Positions 58,977-64,000 of a stretch of DNA of 64,000 bases are shown here, piece by piece. Position numbers and translations under genes: made by a program. The stretch spans positions 1-64,000 of IMG/VR virus record IMGVR_UViG_3300020036_009452; one strand, given 5' to 3'. The notes under the pieces were generated by a model. That model was not told the origin of the DNA. It saw only the letters and a program-made list of their open reading frames with translations, and searched no databases. How positions within the stretch are numbered: position 1 is the stretch's first letter; the number at the start of each line of letters is the position of its first letter. Origin of the DNA: a virus. Its lineage: Duplodnaviria; Caudoviricetes.

Positions 58977-61764
58977 TGGCTGCTGCGTAAATTCTTTGGT
59001 AAACTTCGGGATAAAGAGATTTCATTATGTTCAATTGTGCGTAGGTCTGTTTCCGCTGATTTAAAGCCTGGCCAAAGTTACCCAGTGAGTTGAAGGCTAC
59101 ATCAGTAGCTTGCTGATAAGCAGCTCTATTTTGAGCGTTTATATCATTAGTATAAACTGTCTGAGCAACATTATACCTACGTTGGCTAGCTACCCGATTC
59201 TCGTATTCAGTTAACGCGGCTTTATTCATCTGGTTGTACTGGCTTAGCGTTTGATTGTCTGCGTTCAGTTTAGAAGCTAACATACTATTAGCATAAGCTC
59301 TACGAGAATTAATTGAACCTGAGTTCAGGCCGCTTAGCGCCCCGTCATAGTTTCTCTGGTTTTGGTATAGAGCCTGGTTTGGATCGTAAGTATTCTTAGT
59401 GATGGCTGTTTCATCATAATATGGTTTCTCCTTTTCAGGACCACCCGATAGCTGAGCAAACTTAGAAAGCACTTCAACGCCCTGCAAGACATCGCCCATA
59501 ATCAAACCTCTTTTGTTCTGCCTGTCCTGCGCGTTAGGATTAGCCGTGTTAGCTACACCAGGGATTGTTGGCGTGGTAGCCGTAGTCCTCTTTATCTGTG
59601 GAGTGACCTGCCCGACACCAACGCTGGTAGATACCTGCCGTTGCAGCATATTCAGAGGCTCAACTGGAGACATAGTATACTTATCAGTGTTTTGATTTAC
59701 AAGTAGATCTAGGTAAGCATCTTTACCTGAGTAGGGCCCTGGGTAAGTTCCATTAGGTTGGGCTGCGGTTGGGGCTGCTGGATTAGGTTTACCTTGAGGC
59801 CCTCGTAGGCGAGGTTGAATTGTAGTCTGTGGAGCAGGCGCGGTGGCTCTAGGTTTCATAGCTAGATCCATGCCTGTTAACATATCATCTAATGTATTGT
59901 ATGGAGCATTATTAGCTTGCTCAGGAAAATACTGCTGTTTATGTGCAGCAATGTTATTTTCATTAGTTTGTTTCCACGCTGCGCCGCGTTGGTAGTCTAC
60001 TGGATAGTAAGCTCCGAAAGCATCACGACCTAAGAATTTGTCAGTTGAAGGATCATAATATATTCCTCGATTGATTCCCATTTGACTATTCTTTCCTTCT
60101 ACTAACATATAGACAGGATCGCCCATTTGACCACCTGCTGCAAAACCATTGCCACCTCCTCGCAGTCCCGCAGCACTTGCTTGGTTTTCTTGAGCACCGG
60201 CTAGGGAAGCCATGGCCCTTTGATTTATAGCAATTGTATTCTGGGATATTGGGTCGTATGGAGAATGCTTAAGACGAAGTTGGGCTTTTCCAGAGGCAGC
60301 CTCGATACGTTGAGCCAGCCTAGCATATGACTGCCCTGTTTTCTCATCAGCCAATCGATTGGAATAAACGAAGTTATCTTTAACTACTTCATTATGGTCT
60401 AACCGTACATTCTTAGTTGGATAGTAATTTCCATCAACTTGGTTTGGACTACCTTGAATTTGAACGGCGGAGTCAGAAAGTGCTATATCCCCTCCCATAG
60501 CACGTTCCCGGAAACGCTCTCTTGATTTACTATGTGACGCTGCTTCACGTTGTTTAGGTAATGCTACAGTCATGTTACCAAGTAATCCATTTATAACCAT
60601 TGAAGGTTGAATAACTGGCTGGGTTGTATTAGACACTTTTGGATTCGTGATGGTGGGCATATAAATAGGACCACCATTATTATAAGCACCAGGAGTTGCA
60701 GACATTACCATTTTCCGACGTTGCTGTTCGTCCCTATGTTTCTTTATTAATTCAGAAACAATACCAACACCTCCAGACGAAAGAACATTACCCCAATCTA
60801 CTTTATAGGGATCATCATTTGGATTAGCTTGATAGTTTCCAATACTTAAGAGTTGTTGTGCTGCATTTCCAGCTAACCCCAAAAGGGCCCCACCAGTGAA
60901 ATAATTTTTTGGTCCTGGAATACCTTTAGTTTTTGTTTTCATGTCTTCTTCATAAATTCTACCATATAATTCTAATGGTTTTCCTATTCCTCCACTATTA
61001 GCTAAATCTCATTTATCGTAGTAGCTAACATAGTTACCTTTCGCATCAACTCCTCTTGAAAGGGTATAGGTTCCCATTGTACCCATGGTTGGGGTTTCTT
61101 CGTAAGTTTCAAAAGGCTGAGTAAAATCAAAAGCCAACGTGGCTTTATCCCCCACATTATTTGGGGCTAATTCAAACATACTTTTCTTTACGGCTTCCGG
61201 GACATTCGTAAACTCATAATATAGTTTATTGGGATCTCCTTTTGTTGGACTTTGTGATGCTATTTTTAATGTATTATTTTGTTGTGGTTTCCCCAGATAC
61301 ATAGACCAAACATCTAGTCTATTATCCCGTCCTACGCGGTCTATATTACGATCGTCCGCAACTTTGTTCTCTACAACAGCCTCATAAAAACGAGATACTC
61401 CATTTTTATAAGTGTATGGACTAAAGTTCTTATTTAAGCGAGATAAAATTTCTTCTGGTCAAAACTGGCCTTGACGTCTTTCTCAATTAGTTCCGGTTTT
61501 ATCTAGTTGTGTTTGCAGTTCCCCATGTCCTACAGCCGAACGCATATTTGGAGCGCTATCTGTAATTGTAGGTTGGTAAACTCCATTCTGATTATACCTA
61601 TTTATGGCGGCTTCTGTCAAAGGTCCGTACACCCCATCTATCTTCCCTGTATATAAATTTCTACTTTTTAGATCGGCCTGTATAAGTTTTAATTGGGCAC
61701 GGTCTAACTTTGCGATTATACTTGGATCAATAGAAGGCCCTCCAGAAAGTTTTTCAGGTTTCAT
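58963..61764 (-). CDS. Virion protein with N-terminal peptidoglycan-binding domain, 933 aa (3 TGA=Trp)
   Basis: LIQADLKSRNLYTGKIDGVYGPLTEAAI (PG_binding_1-like); TGA at 61483, 61459, 61009 join three track ORFs in frame; YYDK(W)DL. Confidence 0.75.
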
Positions 61765-63998
61765 TATCTATTTCTGTTTTGTATTTGGGTACCTACGAGA
61801 TCTAATTTTATATTGTAATCTTCGCTAGGAAAATAAAAGAGTCTAACACCTAGATAATAATCTTTTAGGCGAGCACTTTCATAGAAAGGTTTATCGGGAT
61901 TGATATTTGAATTATTTACAGTCTTGTCTATATAACTATAGGGCACACTGGCTTTTGATTCTCAAGATGAATCCCATATTGGTGCATTAGGACTAATTGA
62001 TAAATCTCTTAGATTATTAATCCGCCACTGTTTATCAGTTTTTCTGACTAGGGATAAAGTATTAGTTATATCCGTAGCAAAGTCTTCAACTCGTACTAGG
62101 GGTAGTTCCCCAGAAATCTGGTTGCTATTATAGAACGTAGCCGCTGTGTAAGTGCTGTTCACTTGAGCGATCTCTTTTGTAGTAGCATCAAGAGCTGTTG
62201 CAAAAGCTGAATAACCTATCCCAGTGGTAGTCTTAATTTCCTTTGGGTTCTGAGAAGCAATAAAGTCTACTATATGGGGAAACTTTACTCCGTAATAAGT
62301 TTGGAAATTTGAGTTTCCATGCTTATAGATTTCAGAGTATCCGTTTTGGCTAAAGAGATTATTTGAATTAGCAAATAGAAAAGAAGGCAAGTAAGAGTGG
62401 TATGAGATCCAGTTCTGAGTTAGAAAAGAATATGACATAGTAAAAGACTTATTCTCAAAGAATGTTACGTTGTCAAAGTCTATACTTTGGACTGCTCCTG
62501 TTGGGGGATTGTAATAAAATGAGTGCCCGTTAAAGAACACTTTATCAGGAGTAACATAATAGAGAGGTTGGTCTGTTTCAGTTGGATTGTACACGAACTT
62601 TGTTTCCCACTGGGGTAACAACTTAAAGTCTCTCTTGTGAACTATAAGACGTTTAAATCTAGGATCATAGCTTGCTTTGTACCCAACACCTATTGGTGAA
62701 GTGTGCGAGATGTATGGAAACTTGTAATTCGTTAATCGCTCATACTGAGCTAGAAAGGATAATTCTCCGTTCTCTTGCCAGAAGTTACGTGTTCCTTTTA
62801 GGGATAAATCATTTAGTTCTCCTCCTAATAAGAAAGGATGCCCCGCGAATGAGTCTACATAGAAAGTACCGTACTCTGTCGATAAGCGTGATGTGAAGTG
62901 TGGCTGACCAGCAAAAGCTAGTTGAGTATTCTTTAACTCTATAGGTGGCACGCTAAAGATAGCACCAGTTCCTAAATACACATTTGCTAAGTCAGTCTGT
63001 AGCGTCTGTGTTTGGGTAGGAAGTAGGAAGATAGAACGAGTAGTAGTTACATACAGCTTATTGAAATTCATAAACATATCTGTAATTGGTCCTGATGTTC
63101 CTCCAATTGCATCTGTATAGTTGCTAGTTAGGATAATCCTATTGGCGTCCTCTAGAGTTTCATTGTTATCTGGTAGTGAGTGATAGACCGTGTGTGGCTT
63201 ATCTTCATTACACATATTACAATAAGGATACGCAAACTGTATTGGATAGTCATATGTAAGCCCGTCTAAGAAAGAAAAAGACTTATTGTATAAGTATCTC
63301 TCTGGATAGTATGCGAAAGCTTTGTCCCCACTTTTGTATTGCCGAATCTTCATGTACTTCCTAAGGTGCGTATGATTGTCCGCAAAAGTAGTTGGATTCA
63401 TATGCTGGAAGTATAGAAACTCTCGATTGGTCTTAGACCCGTGTCTAAAGTTATAATTCAATAACGTATCCTGAGTTGGGAAGGACAGGAAGTAACTATC
63501 ATAATCCATAGTTATAGAGCCTGTGTCTCCAGCTTCGGGTACGCCTGTTTGACGATAGTTGAAGTCAACCATTGATAAGCGACTAACTGCAGTGTCCCCA
63601 CCGTAAACAGTATATGTAGTACTAGGACTTCCTTCCCTAGATAAGCAGTTGCCAAAGCGTTTAAACTTTATCTCATACAGATTGCTAAATGTGTCTAAGT
63701 ACTGGTGGATCGCCCCGTAATACATCTTCCCGCGCCAAGCTCCTCCTGCAGTAGTAATGTCTGCTGACCCAGAGTTTAGTCTAATAATCTGATAGTTATT
63801 GTTTATACTGTTATTAGTAAACGTAGTATTTGATAATGGCTCATAGACTTCTACACCATCCTGTGCGCCGGCGTAAGATTTCTGTAGGAACAGATCCGTG
63901 CGCATGGTGTGGATAAGATTATTTTGTGCTGGGAGATTATACCTAGAGAAGTACCGAAACTGTGTGGTAGCATCTAGCGTGCCTATCCAATCTTGTTC
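61764..63998 (-). CDS. Tail/stabilisation (P22 gp10-like) protein, 5'-truncated by the window edge (1 TGA=Trp)
   Basis: Open to the window end; YDPRFKRL and TMSYS...WISYHSYLP segments; TGA 61962-64 joins it to ORF 61764-61946. Confidence 0.65.
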
Positions 63999-64000
63999 AG

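Noticed and set aside
36853-63998. Numerous + strand ORFs of 60-205 aa within the virion genes, and - strand ORFs within the + blocks
   Set aside because: Antisense shadows of long coding genes with no motifs or leaders.
1-64000. CRISPR array, integrase, transposase, DGR/retron RT, group I/II introns
   Set aside because: No repeat-spacer arrays or corresponding motifs were seen by eye.

Overview
A 64-kb segment of a large lytic phage resembling Crassvirales (likely Bacteroidota host), with no host genes. The + strand (1-36.8 kb) carries an early/accessory block, a replication block (PolA, SF2 helicase, DnaB, primase, UNG, nucleases) and a short accessory block. It converges at about 36.8 kb on a - strand virion block with three giant ejection/vRNAP proteins (1509, 1151, 4087 aa), cargo proteins and a tail protein. 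Main result: the genome appears to use TGA in two ways. In 1-16.3 kb and 33-36.8 kb TGA acts as a stop (five ATGA stop/start overlaps). In 16.3-32.8 kb and 57-64 kb about 27 in-frame TGAs must be read as Trp, several at conserved Trp motifs. These interrupt PolA, both helicases, primase, nucleases and an M15 endolysin. The three giant virion genes contain no in-frame TGA among about 46 Trp codons. The early region also has a textbook pistol ribozyme, three tRNA-like elements with broken or missing anticodon arms, and several strongly folded intergenic RNAs. No canonical suppressor tRNA-Trp(UCA) or release factor was found in the window. All calls come from manual reading, with no database searches.
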